The translations under genes were made by a program, and so were the position numbers. Below the pieces are notes generated by a model that ran no database searches, was not told the origin of the DNA, and was given only the letters and a program-made list of their open reading frames with translations. From Azolla caroliniana (taxonomy: Eukaryota; Plantae; Polypodiophyta), in assembly GCA_043228905.1 (NCBI GenBank), contig JBHGNT010000012.1, positions 1,736,001 through 1,800,000 of the forward strand: DNA of 64,000 nt, read 5' to 3'. Positions within the stretch are counted from its first letter, which is position 1. The number at the start of each line of letters is the position of its first letter. Below, piece by piece: positions 52,748 through 63,196 of this stretch.

Positions 52748-53554
52748 ATGTCTAAACGAAAGGAACACAAGGATACACAAGACGAGGCTATAAGTAAGGA
52801 GGACTTTTTGGATATGTTTAACCGTTTAACAAAAATAGAGACGGATATGAAAAAATGGGTGAAAGACGCCGAAACCCACAAGAAAAAAGATAGAGAGGAA
52901 AAAGACACCCTCAAGGCCGAAATAGAAAAACTTAAAGAGGAAAACACAAACCTCAAACAACAACTTAATGACATCAAGGTATCCCGAGAGGACGGTGAAA
53001 TATCCTCCATAGAGGATATAAAAGATGAGATCAAAAAAGTTAAAGAGGAGGTTAAAAATAACATAGAATTAGCAAAAACGGGTTGGGTAGATGTCGTTAA
53101 AAGAAACATTAAAAAAGAAATAAAGGATGAAAATATTGTTAATACCACCCTCGAAGAGGAGAAAATGCGTCAGGCCCGACGCCTAAATGTGCGTGTCACT
53201 GGGCTCAAGGAAGGTGCATCCCCGGACGAGGATGCACAAACACTCGGGAAAATGTTAGGGTACACAACGACCCTACCTATCACCAAAGCTTGGAGGGCCG
53301 GACGCGACACAACTAGGAAGAGAGCCTTAGTTCTTCAATTTAAAGACTTAGACTCTAGAATCACTTTCTTTAAGAAGAGACCAATTCTTCGAGGATTGGG
53401 TGGGGACCCTATCTATCTCGATGAAGACCTCACCAAGATGCAAATTGAGCATCGCAAGAGTTGTATGCCAAAGGTTATGCAAGCTCGCAAAGACGGGCAT
53501 CGCGCCTTTTATCGAGATGGGCGAGTGATCATAAATGATCGCACTACTAATTGA
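52748..53554 (+). CDS. LINE ORF1 protein (coiled coil + putative RRM-like domain), 268 aa
   Basis: ATG 52748 (MSKRKEHK). K/E-rich heptads, then RRLNVRVTGLKE, ALVLQF, IYLDEDLT and FYRDGRVIIN, a pattern typical of LINE ORF1p. Confidence 0.85.
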   Translation: MSKRKEHKDTQDEAISKEDFLDMFNRLTKIETDMKKWVKDAETHKKKDREEKDTLKAEIEKLKEENTNLKQQLNDIKVSREDGEISSIEDIKDEIKKVKEEVKNNIELAKTGWVDVVKRNIKKEIKDENIVNTTLEEEKMRQARRLNVRVTGLKEGASPDEDAQTLGKMLGYTTTLPITKAWRAGRDTTRKRALVLQFKDLDSRITFFKKRPILRGLGGDPIYLDEDLTKMQIEHRKSCMPKVMQARKDGHRAFYRDGRVIINDRTTN

Positions 53555-55300
53555 CGGCGTGTGGCCCATGTGACAGAAAACACACTTAGGATGACCTTAT
53601 GGAATTGTAACGGCGCACTCTGGACACACCCCGGCCGCCTAGAGGGGATATTAAAGGAATCAGATATAGTTTGCCTAGTAGAAACACACCAAAGCCCAAA
53701 TAGGGGACTCCCACGAGTCGAAGGATTTCGTTGGGAGTCGGCTTTTAGACAAACCTCACGTCGATGCACTACCAGGGGATCTGGAGGTGTCGCAATATTG
53801 TTTCGGAGGGAGCTACATAATAGGATAGAAATACTGAGCACTGACCCAGAAGCTCGTTTTATGTGGGTGAAAGTCTCCACAAGCAAGGACAAGGCAGTAA
53901 TTTTCGCCATTTGTTACTTCCCCCCAAAAGGCTCTCGTTATAATCTGGCTGGCGAGGCGAGATTAGTTGATGACGGAGTGCCACATGGGCCTTCCCCATA
54001 TGAACCTCTATCGGATGACATAATCCGATATTCTTCCCAAGGCGAAGTATTCCTTGTAGGAGACTTTAATGCGAGAACCCAATCCCGACAATGCACAATA
54101 TTTCAAATGAATAGAAACCTAGAAATGGTAAATGTTGATCCTTCAGACATAGACACCACACGTAAATCAAAGGATCAAGGTGCAGACGCCACGAGCTTTG
54201 GCCATCATTTGCTCGAACTCGGTAGTCGGCACCAGATGGTCATATATAATGGTTTAGCCAAGTGGCCAGGTTCGGAAGAGCTCACATGTTTCCCACATGG
54301 AGGAGGGGAAAGCACAGTCGATTATCTAATAGGACGCCCTGAAGCCACCCACATGATTAACTCCTTCCGAGTGGCCCCATGTCCTATTGGCGCGGACCAT
54401 AGTTTCTTATACTTCGAGATAAAATGCGATATCTCTAACGTCACCAACTCTAGTCAACCACGCCATGACATCACAATACATTTCACACATGAGCTCTCTG
54501 ACATATATGCTCGACATGTTCAAGCCCATCTGTCCTCCCTTGATCCCTCCCTACCTTTAGAGAGCCTTAATACGAAACTCACACACATCCTTCATTCTGC
54601 AGCGGTTAGCAGCTTCCCATACACGAAACACTCCAATCAAGGTAAAGTAGGATCTATGCCACAAAATAGATGGTATGATGAGGATTGTAGGTGCTTACAT
54701 CGACAACTTACAATATCGCAACTCAGTGGTAGTATTACCTCAGTACAAGCTCGTAAAGAAATGCGCAAGATGACACGTCGTAAGAGACGAGCATGGGAGG
54801 CATCCCAATATTGGGAACTCTACCACATGCTCATGAGTAACGATTGTGCCACTGCATGGAAGAGATTATGGGAACCAAGACCACAAACACCCATCGAAGA
54901 TCCCGAAACTTGGCACACTTATACAGAGAGACTTTACCACATCCCAAACCAACCACCCATTCCAATGCCTTCCACACCCCGACCTACTGTGGGGACACTC
55001 TTCACGACCTCTAGGGTCACGAAGGTCATAAAGAAATTACAACATAGGAAGTCCATGGACCACACAGGGTTGCGAGCAGAACACATCATATACGCGAGAG
55101 AGTGCCTAGCTCCCTTACTAACTCTAATCTTCAATCGTGCCCTTGCAGAGGGTTTTCCATCACAATGGACCATGAACACAGTGGCCCCCATACATAAGGG
55201 GGGGGACCCCATGGACCCAAATACTTATAGGACCATTATGATAGGTCATACCCTTGCTAAATTATATGGTGCAGTAATGGAGGCAGAGCTTAGCGAGTAT
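53555..55300 (+). CDS. LINE ORF2, N-terminal part (AP endonuclease + start of RT)
   Basis: APE motifs LWNCNG, CLVETH, GGVAIL, YFPP, VGDFNAR, STVDY, ADH, followed by PIHKGGD..YRTI. The frame opens directly after the ORF1 TGA; first ATG is at 53591. Cut by the Copia at 55301. Confidence 0.92.
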
Positions 55301-58300
55301 TGTTAGAGACAATGTCGTCAATGCGGAAGATCAAGTAGCATTCGATTGCTGTCCAGAATACCTGCTGGTGACAGTTTGTATGTCGTTGCACAGAGAGAGA
55401 GAGAGAGAGACACAAAAGACTCTTTATTCCACAAAACAGTAATACAACATCCAACCTTACAAAAAGGTTACAAGGCCACTATATATAGTGACCGACTTAG
55501 GGCAACTACCCTTTATGCTAATTACATAAATGGCCAAAACGGGATAGTGTGAATACGTCCATTATACACATGTATTCGACACTCCCCCGTAATGGGCGTA
55601 TACATGGGTTATCTAAGATTACAGGTATAGACTTAGGTTCTCGGACATATCAGCTTTGTTCGAGTCGGCAGGGTCCGAAGGCAGAAGACCGAACTGGTCG
55701 GGTCGGAACAGTTGAAGCCGATCATTAAGGAACTGATGTCGGTTGTCGGGAACCATCCTGCTCTGTGTCCGGCTCTAACCGGACTGGTTTGTCGTTACGC
55801 CCATCTGATGCCGAAGAGACCGAAAGCGGTCTGCCGAAAGACACTTGGTCATTCCATCTGCGACATTGTCGGTTGTGGATATTTTCTCTAGACCGATTTT
55901 CCCTGAAATGACGCAGTCCCGAACAAAGTGATATCGAACGTCGATATGTTTGGAGGCGTTGTGGTGAACCGGATTTTTCGACAAGGCAACAGCACCTTGA
56001 CTGTCGCTGTAGACAACTGGGGCCGAGTCATGGTCGACTTGTCGAAACGTGTGCGCCAGCCGACCGAGCCACAAAGCTTCTTTTGCTGCGTCGGACGCAG
56101 CTACATATTCTGCTTCGGTCGTTGAGGTTGCTGTGCACTCCTGAAGTTTCGACTTCCACGAGATTGCTCCATTGCCGAATTTGAAGCAGTATCCGGTTGT
56201 TGATTTCCGACTGTCTATACAGCCGGCGAAGTCCGAGTCGGTGTAACCGACTACGCCTGAGGTTCGGTTCGGACCGAAAAGAATGCCGTGGTCTTTTGTG
56301 CCAGCCAGATATCTGAACACATGCTTGACTGCGTTCCAATGCGATCGGCCGGGATTGTGCATAAATCTGCTAACGACTCCTACGGCGTGAGAAATATCAG
56401 GCCGTGTCGCGACCATCAGGTACATAAGGGAGCCGACTGCCGGTGCATACGGTACCGACTTCATATCTTCCCCCTCCGGACCGGATGTCGGGCAGTCTCG
56501 CTGAGAGAGCCGAAGATTCATGGGGAGCGGGGTTGAAGCAGATTTGGCTGATTGCATGTTGAAGCGTTCTAAGACACGTCGGGTATAGTCGGTCTGAGAC
56601 AAAAAAAGATGTCGTTTATCGCGATGCCGACTAATCTTCATGCCAAGGATGTGTCGTGCCGGGCCGAGGTCCTTCATGGCAAACTTCAACCGCAGTTGCC
56701 GAATGAGATCGGCAAGTTCGCCCGCGTGGCGTCCAGAAATGAGCATGTCATCCACGTAAATGATGAGGAAGATGGGTGATCCATCTTGAGCTGTGTTGGT
56801 GAAAAGACAATGGTCCTCATCGCTTTTTGAGAAGCCGATCGATTGGATGAAGTCGTCGAACTTCTTGTACCATTGTCGCGGTGCCTGTTTGAGGCCGTAT
56901 AGACTCTTCCTGAGTCGGCAGACTAGATGTTCTTGGCCAGTCGCCACGAAGCCTTTTGGCTGCTCCATATAAATTTCCTCGTCAAGATCACCATGGAGGA
57001 ATGCTGTTTTGACATCTAGCTGAATCAGCTCCAAGTTGTCGGCTGCCACTACGCCGAGTAGGAAACGAAGGGTTGTCATTTTCACCACTGGTGAAAAAAT
57101 CTCGTCGAAGTTGACGCCGTATTCTTGTCGGAAGCCCTTCGCAACTAGTCTGGCCTTGTACTTTGGGGTGGTCGAATCAGACGTCTCTTTTAGTCGATAG
57201 ACCCATTTGCAAGGAAGAGCACGTCGGTTCCTAGGTAATTCGACCAGATCCCAAGTCTTGTTTGCCCGAATGGAGTGCATTTCCGACTCCATCGCCAGAT
57301 GCCAGGTGGCTGAATCGACAGAAGTCGATGCTTCTTCGTAAGACGTCGGTTCGCCGGCGTCGGTGAAGAAAATTCCAGGAGAATACCTCTCCGGAGGTTG
57401 CGACAGTCTCTCGGATCGGCGAGGTAAGATTGGACTGGTCGCATCGGGTATCAAGGTCGGATGGTCCGAAAGCGGATTGTTCTGCTGTGCCGAGTCGGGG
57501 TTGTCCGAGTCGGTAGTGTAAGGTTCAGCTACCCGTGAAGCTGACCGTGTGTTGAGAACGGGGCCTTCTTGAAGGGTCGGCACATCGGAAAATGTTACCC
57601 TTCGGACTTCGATCGGTTTTTCGACTGATGGATTCATAGCCGACTCGTTGAACACAACGTCCGAGCTTCGAACGATTTGTCTGCGTTCGGGGTCCCAGAG
57701 TCGGTATCCCATTTCGCCGTCTGATCCATATCCAAGAAAAATGCATTTCCTGGACCGAGGTGCAAGTTTTCGGCGATCATCTTTCGGAATAAGGGCGTAC
57801 GCCTCGCATCCGAAGATCCTCAGCTTGTCGTAATTCGGCTTACTGCCGATCCATAGTTCTTGAGGAATTTGAAGTCCTAGAGGTCTGCTTGGCGACATAT
57901 TGATTATGTGTGCTGCCGTGAGTAGAGCCTCTGCCCAAAAGCCATCCGATAGTCCGGAGTGTTGGAGCATGGAAACTATCCGTTCTTGGATTGTCCGATT
58001 CATGCGTTCGGCAATCCCGTTTTGCTCCGGACTGTGTGGTGCCGTAAATTCACGTCGAATGCCGCGTTGTCGGCAGAATTTGACGAATTCTTCTGATTTG
58101 AACTCTCCCCCATTGTCGGTCCGAAAGCATTTCAGCTTTCGGTCGGTTTGATTTTCTACCATAGCGAGCCAATCGGAGAAGATCGAGAAGACACGATCTT
58201 TGGTGCGAATTGGATAAGCCCACACCTTTCGAGTCGAATCGTCAATAAAACTGACGAAGTAAGAGGCACCGCCAAGAGACTGATGCGGCATCGGGCCACA

Positions 58301-60737
58301 GACGTCTGAGTGGACTAAATCGAGAGGTCTCGTTTCTCTTGGTGCTGATGTCGGGTGTGATGCGGCTGCTTGTTTGCCATACTGACAATGCTCGCAGAAT
58401 TGATGGTCGGAGAAGGAGAGTTTGGGGATGTATCCGGCTCTAGATAGATGCGTAATGCCGGCCTTGCTGAGGTGTCCTAATCTTCGGTGCCATAGTGATG
58501 ACACAGGGATATCCACCAAAAACAGGTTACCCTCTCTGAGCGTAACATGTAACGGATACAGTGAGTGTATCTTGGGTCCTCTAGCAAGCAGGAGGTTCCC
58601 CCTGTGGAGTGTCCACCCTCCCGAAGAGAAACCGGCACGAATGCCGTCTTCATCTAGTTGTCCGACTGAGATCAATGGCCTTGAGAGCTCGGGTACATGT
58701 CGGACATTGTGGAGTACAAGTGTAGAGCCACCTGCAAGGTTGAGCTCTACTGTGCCGATTCCGATGATGTCACAGTGTTGTGAGTTGCCGACTCGAACTG
58801 AGTCGGAGTGACGGATCGTATATTGCCGAAATTGGGATCGATGAGGAGTCACGTGAAATGACGCGCCCGAATCTAAGAGCCATGTGCTCGATTCTTCAGT
58901 CGTGAGTAGAACTTCTGATCCGACTGGATTTTCGATTGATAGTATATTCGGGTCGTCCGGTAGTACATCAGCTGAGAAGCTGACGTAATTGATCTCCTCA
59001 TGCCGGCCACTCTTCTTGTTGTTCTTGTTCTTGAGTGCGCGGCAGTCGGCTTTGATGTGTCCGGGTTTCTTGCAATAATTGCAGATTCGGTTATCCCGTG
59101 ACTGGCTCCGTCTTCGCTGATTGTTCGGCGGCCGTGAGGAATCTCTTCCTCGTATGTTCGATCGTTCTGTCGAACCTTGTACTACGTAAGCGTCGTCTGT
59201 TGAGTCTTTGGCGAAAGACTTTCTCCGAGCTGCTTCGGTCAGGATTGCGCTCGTGACTTCGGAGTATTTAACAGCCGTGGTTGACGCGTTGCACACAGTT
59301 GTGACGAAAGTTTCCCATGATGAGGGAAGGCTACTCATGAGTATCATTGCTCTGAGTTCATCCTCGATTGTCGTCCCCTGTGACGAGATTTGGGAGCTTA
59401 TACTTTCGTACTCATTGAGGTGTGCTTGGACCGAATCGGATTCTTTCATCCGCAAGTTGTAGAGGCGCCGGATCAGAAACATCTTCGTTGCGGCGACCTT
59501 CTTTTCGTAAGTGTCCGACAGTGTTTTCCACAGTTCGAATGCTGTCGTACACGATTGCACCGTAAAGTATACCGATTCCGATAGGTGCATCCGAATCGTG
59601 GCGCGGACGATTCTGTCCAGCTTCTGCCACTCAATTGGTTTGTATCCTTCTGGAGGTTCTTCATTTTCGATGGGATCGATTTGCCCCTTGACTATGAGAT
59701 AGTCCTGCATTTGTTCCTTCCAGAAGTTGAAGTTCGATCCATCGAACTTTCGTAGACTCATTTCTGACGAGCCGGATGTTGATGCCATCAAGTTCGGTTT
59801 TGGTTGACGAAGCTCGGTTCGGAGTTGACTACGAACCTTGTTGGAGTGCAGCCGGTTGGCTCACCCGATATCGTTCTAGTCGGATTTGAACCCGAGTCGG
59901 TTCGGCTTCGGAACTTGCTCGAATTGACTCCGGTAGCTTGAGGGACAGAACCGACTGGTCTTCCCGAATGTTGCCGAGTCGGAGTGAGCCCGGTTCGCTT
60001 CGGATATATATGCCGAATACCGATTATTGAAACCGATTATCTGGACCGATTCTGCTTCGGTTGACTGCAGCGACGAGAGAGGTGGATCCAACTGATCCTC
60101 TCGAATGTCGATCAGCCTGATGAAGCACGAATTTGGGGTTGTTGTCTTGAGACCGATCTGCGCCGAGTGGTTACAACGAGCGGCGTTTGATTACCTCTTC
60201 GGATGCCGTTTAACCGGGTGGAGCACGATCGTGTCAATGTTGCATAAGGGGATTTCACCTCGAGCGGTTACGATCACAAGGAACGGAGTACAACCTGCTG
60301 GCTTACTCCAAGCAAAGATGATCTAACGCGATGAGATGCAGGCCTCGTTTTTCTTCTTCTTCTCTCTTCTTTGAATGACGCAGGAAACCGAATGCTGAGA
60401 CGACGGCCGACAGCGAGATGAAGGACCGAATACTGTGCAGGCTCTGATACCAGATGTTAGAGACAATGTCGTCAATGCGGAAGATCAAGTAGCATTCGAT
60501 TGCTGTCCAGAATACCTGCTGGTGACAGTTTGTATGTCGTTGCACAGAGAGAGAGAGAGAGAGAGACACAAAAGACTCTTTATTCCACAAAACAGTAATA
60601 CAACATCCAACCTTACAAAAAGGTTACAAGGCCACTATATATAGTGACCGACTTAGGGCAACTACCCTTTATGCTAATTACATAAATGGCCAAAACGGGA
60701 TAGTGTGAATACGTCCATTATACACATGTATTCGACA
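55301..60737 (-). mobile_element. Intact, very young Ty1/Copia LTR retrotransposon
   Basis: LTRs 60455-60737 (283 bp) and 55301-55581 (281 bp), TG..CA, differing only by one GA unit. TSD AGTAT (55296-55300, 60738-60742). tRNA-Met PBS 60441-60452, PPT 55582-55588. Confidence 0.98.
55775..59791 (-). CDS. Copia gag-pol polyprotein (1338 aa frame; first ATG at 59788)
   Basis: Knuckle CNYCKKPGHIKADC, protease WLLDSGAS, integrase WHRRLGH..CEHC / HSDVCGP / RTDNGGEF / AERMNRT, RT YVDD, RNase H TDSDFAG / EAEY / SDSQ / ADGMTK. No stops. Confidence 0.98.
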   Translation of the reverse strand: MMASTSGSSEMSLRKFDGSNFNFWKEQMQDYLIVKGQIDPIENEEPPEGYKPIEWQKLDRIVRATIRMHLSESVYFTVQSCTTAFELWKTLSDTYEKKVAATKMFLIRRLYNLRMKESDSVQAHLNEYESISSQISSQGTTIEDELRAMILMSSLPSSWETFVTTVCNASTTAVKYSEVTSAILTEAARRKSFAKDSTDDAYVVQGSTERSNIRGRDSSRPPNNQRRRSQSRDNRICNYCKKPGHIKADCRALKNKNNKKSGRHEEINYVSFSADVLPDDPNILSIENPVGSEVLLTTEESSTWLLDSGASFHVTPHRSQFRQYTIRHSDSVRVGNSQHCDIIGIGTVELNLAGGSTLVLHNVRHVPELSRPLISVGQLDEDGIRAGFSSGGWTLHRGNLLLARGPKIHSLYPLHVTLREGNLFLVDIPVSSLWHRRLGHLSKAGITHLSRAGYIPKLSFSDHQFCEHCQYGKQAAASHPTSAPRETRPLDLVHSDVCGPMPHQSLGGASYFVSFIDDSTRKVWAYPIRTKDRVFSIFSDWLAMVENQTDRKLKCFRTDNGGEFKSEEFVKFCRQRGIRREFTAPHSPEQNGIAERMNRTIQERIVSMLQHSGLSDGFWAEALLTAAHIINMSPSRPLGLQIPQELWIGSKPNYDKLRIFGCEAYALIPKDDRRKLAPRSRKCIFLGYGSDGEMGYRLWDPERRQIVRSSDVVFNESAMNPSVEKPIEVRRVTFSDVPTLQEGPVLNTRSASRVAEPYTTDSDNPDSAQQNNPLSDHPTLIPDATSPILPRRSERLSQPPERYSPGIFFTDAGEPTSYEEASTSVDSATWHLAMESEMHSIRANKTWDLVELPRNRRALPCKWVYRLKETSDSTTPKYKARLVAKGFRQEYGVNFDEIFSPVVKMTTLRFLLGVVAADNLELIQLDVKTAFLHGDLDEEIYMEQPKGFVATGQEHLVCRLRKSLYGLKQAPRQWYKKFDDFIQSIGFSKSDEDHCLFTNTAQDGSPIFLIIYVDDMLISGRHAGELADLIRQLRLKFAMKDLGPARHILGMKISRHRDKRHLFLSQTDYTRRVLERFNMQSAKSASTPLPMNLRLSQRDCPTSGPEGEDMKSVPYAPAVGSLMYLMVATRPDISHAVGVVSRFMHNPGRSHWNAVKHVFRYLAGTKDHGILFGPNRTSGVVGYTDSDFAGCIDSRKSTTGYCFKFGNGAISWKSKLQECTATSTTEAEYVAASDAAKEALWLGRLAHTFRQVDHDSAPVVYSDSQGAVALSKNPVHHNASKHIDVRYHFVRDCVISGKIGLEKISTTDNVADGMTKCLSADRFRSLRHQMGVTTNQSG

Positions 60738-60742
60738 AGTAT

Positions 60743-62745
60743 ATGGAGACCTTAAATCTTCGTGCACCTGAACAGGCCGGTTTAGACGAGCCTTCTCCAC
60801 TATTGACCATATCTTCACACTTAGATGCTTAATTGACCAGACTAAGGCTCGCAAGAAGAAACTATATTGTTGTTTTGTGGACTTCCGCAAAGCCTTCGAC
60901 ACGGTCCCTAGAGAGCGGTTGTTTGATAGGCTTAAGAGCTTGAGGATACCAGATGACATGGTTTGGGCCATCTACGCACTATATGAACAAGTGTCCGGGT
61001 GTGTTCGATGCCCAGGCGGCATATCCGATAGTTTCACTAGCACTATTGGTGTAAAACAAGGTTGCCCCTTATCTCCGACTCTTTTTGGGATCTACATTGA
61101 TGAGATCACAGATTTTATTGCTCGTAAGGGAGGCAATGGAGTAGTCCTTGGAGATACGCAGGTGCGTATCTTGCTCTATGCAGATGACATAGTTTTGCTC
61201 TCTGAATCCGAACACGACCTACAAAGGCACCTTAATGCCTTAGATGACTTTTGCACACAACGAGGATTGGTAGTGAATCTAGGGAAAACTAAAGTCCTTA
61301 TCTTCCACACGTCGGCCCAAGTTAGGGCTAAGTGTCACCTAACTATCTCCCATAGCCCAGTTGAGGTGGTTGGATCATATGTCTATCTCGGAGTCACTTT
61401 CAGTGCCCGCTCAGGTAAATTTTCGATGACACAAGCAGCGAAGGATAGACTTACAAGAGGACATGCATCCCTCTCACTCCTCGAGAGACAATGCCACCAA
61501 GCATACTTCCAAGAGCCACGAACTAAAGGGTGGCTCTTTGACTCATTAGTGACTCCCTCTCTCATGTATGCATCAGCGGTTTGGGCCCCAGGACTACCAT
61601 CTTTCATGTGGACGCAATTAGAGAGACCATTGGTGATGATGTTATCACGCCAACTCCGAAGCAAATCGTCGGTCCCACATGACATTATTAGGGCTGAGTT
61701 CACTCTACCCCCTATGTTAGTAGAAGCACTTTTTCAACTGGTAGTCTTTATACACAGGATACATAACCAACCACTTGATAGAATATCCCACCAAGCCTTT
61801 AAGGCTTCTCGAGCATTGTATGAGTCCGGCTATACTAGCTCATGGTATGGCATGATGGTGAGTTGGCTTCTTGCCAACGGTCTAGACATTACTAACCTCC
61901 CCCCCCTTAAGTACGACCACACGAATGATAACACTTTACTCTCTCATGAGGACCGTAATAAAGTAATACGCCAAGAAATATGGCAAATTTATGCCCGGTA
62001 TAAATGGATCACCCCACTAGAGCCACTCCCATCTAAAATGTCGTACTATAAAGAACACTTTATGCACTTCTCTGAGTTAGGTTTTATCACGCGCCCAAAA
62101 TATCTAGATGTATTCTTACCACATGCACTAAGGGTTGCCATTGGTCAACTTAGAATATCATCTCACCAACTTGAGATTGAGAATGGACGTACTAATGGAG
62201 TCCCTAGGGAGGAAAGGATATGTAGGTTATGCCACATAGAGATAGAGGATGAGTACCATTTTACATGCAAATGCCCCACCTATGCCGAGATAAGGGCAAA
62301 ATACCAAGACATACTTGGTTCCTCTCCCACCCTCCCTAAACTATTAGATACACTAGATATAAAGAAATTAGGTAGATACATCTTAGAATTGAAACACCAC
62401 AGAGAGAACAAATTACAAAACGTTGATAATAATGTTGCTAATGTTTACCAACATATAACAAATGAAGTTTTTCAGGAACAGGGGGAGACAATGAATGTCG
62501 ACACACCTGTACCACTCGGACTTCTCCTTGATGAAGCAGAAAATCAAAGAAGAACCAAACGCCCTCGGATGCCGGGTTTCAAAGCAACTCGACGAGATGT
62601 AGAAGCAATAAAGAAAATAAGGGAACGTGAACTACACCGCCTAGAAGCCATGGCTAGGGCACTCTATGCATCGGGACCATGGGTCACACCCACACCAAAA
62701 ACTTTTGACCTCCCACTTCTTTTTGAGAGACTTGGGTGGAAATGA
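60743..62745 (+). CDS. LINE ORF2, C-terminal part (RT + CCHC finger), with a 1-nt frameshift at ~60780
   Basis: Resumes after the TSD as METLNLRAPEQAG, then shifts frame into FRRAFSTIDHI..FVDFRKAFD, GVKQGCPLSP, LYADD, YLG and CRLCHIEIEDEYHFTCKC. Confidence 0.92.
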
Positions 62746-63196
62746 GATTAGGCTTGGTGCAAAGTTTTGTACACTACTAGAACTTTCTTAGCTTAAGCTA
62801 TTTTCTTTTATTTTTAGTTTTGATGATTGGATAAACACTCATCTTTTGTTGTAACCTATTTGTCTCATGGGCCAAATTTGGCCTTAGAAGACGTTAATAT
62901 ATCTTTCTTTCTTTCTTTCTTTCTTTCTCACGTGCATATCATACTAATCTTCCGCTGCTTAAAGTAACCATATAATTAGTCTCTAATTAACCCTAGTTAA
63001 TTACCTAATTACTTAACTAAACCAAAAAACTTAGCAAAGGAACTCATGAATACACATGCAAATTAAGTTCACGAGTTAAAGTGAGCACCCATAACAATAT
63101 CACAAGCCAAACAAACACATATGCATACAAGAGCTAAATTTAAGATATATATATTTATATATACATGTACAATACCCTTTATAGCCTATAGATATA

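Larger units (their letters stand above)
52146..62925 (+). mobile_element. Full-length APE/RT non-LTR retrotransposon (RTE-X-like LINE, clade tentative) interrupted by a Copia
   Basis: (CT)n head, GC-rich repetitive 5' UTR, ORF1, ORF2, short 3' UTR and (TTTC)n tail at ~62903-62925. Inserted at the CT/CA microsatellite of the host LTR. Confidence 0.93.
48241..63018 (+). mobile_element. Non-autonomous Ty1/Copia LTR retrotransposon (gag-PR-INT, no RT/RNase H), 3' LTR split by a LINE
   Basis: 5' LTR 48241-48663, PBS TGGTATCAGAGC at 48664, PPT TTGAGGGGGCG 51810-51820. 3' LTR in two parts, 51821-~52145 and ~62926-63018. About 12 substitutions between the LTRs by manual count. Flanks share AAAC. 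Confidence 0.95.

Noticed and set aside
48897-59702. Antisense and alternate-frame ORFs over the Copia and LINE coding regions
   Set aside because: Shadow ORFs expected from GC-rich codon usage; no independent motifs.
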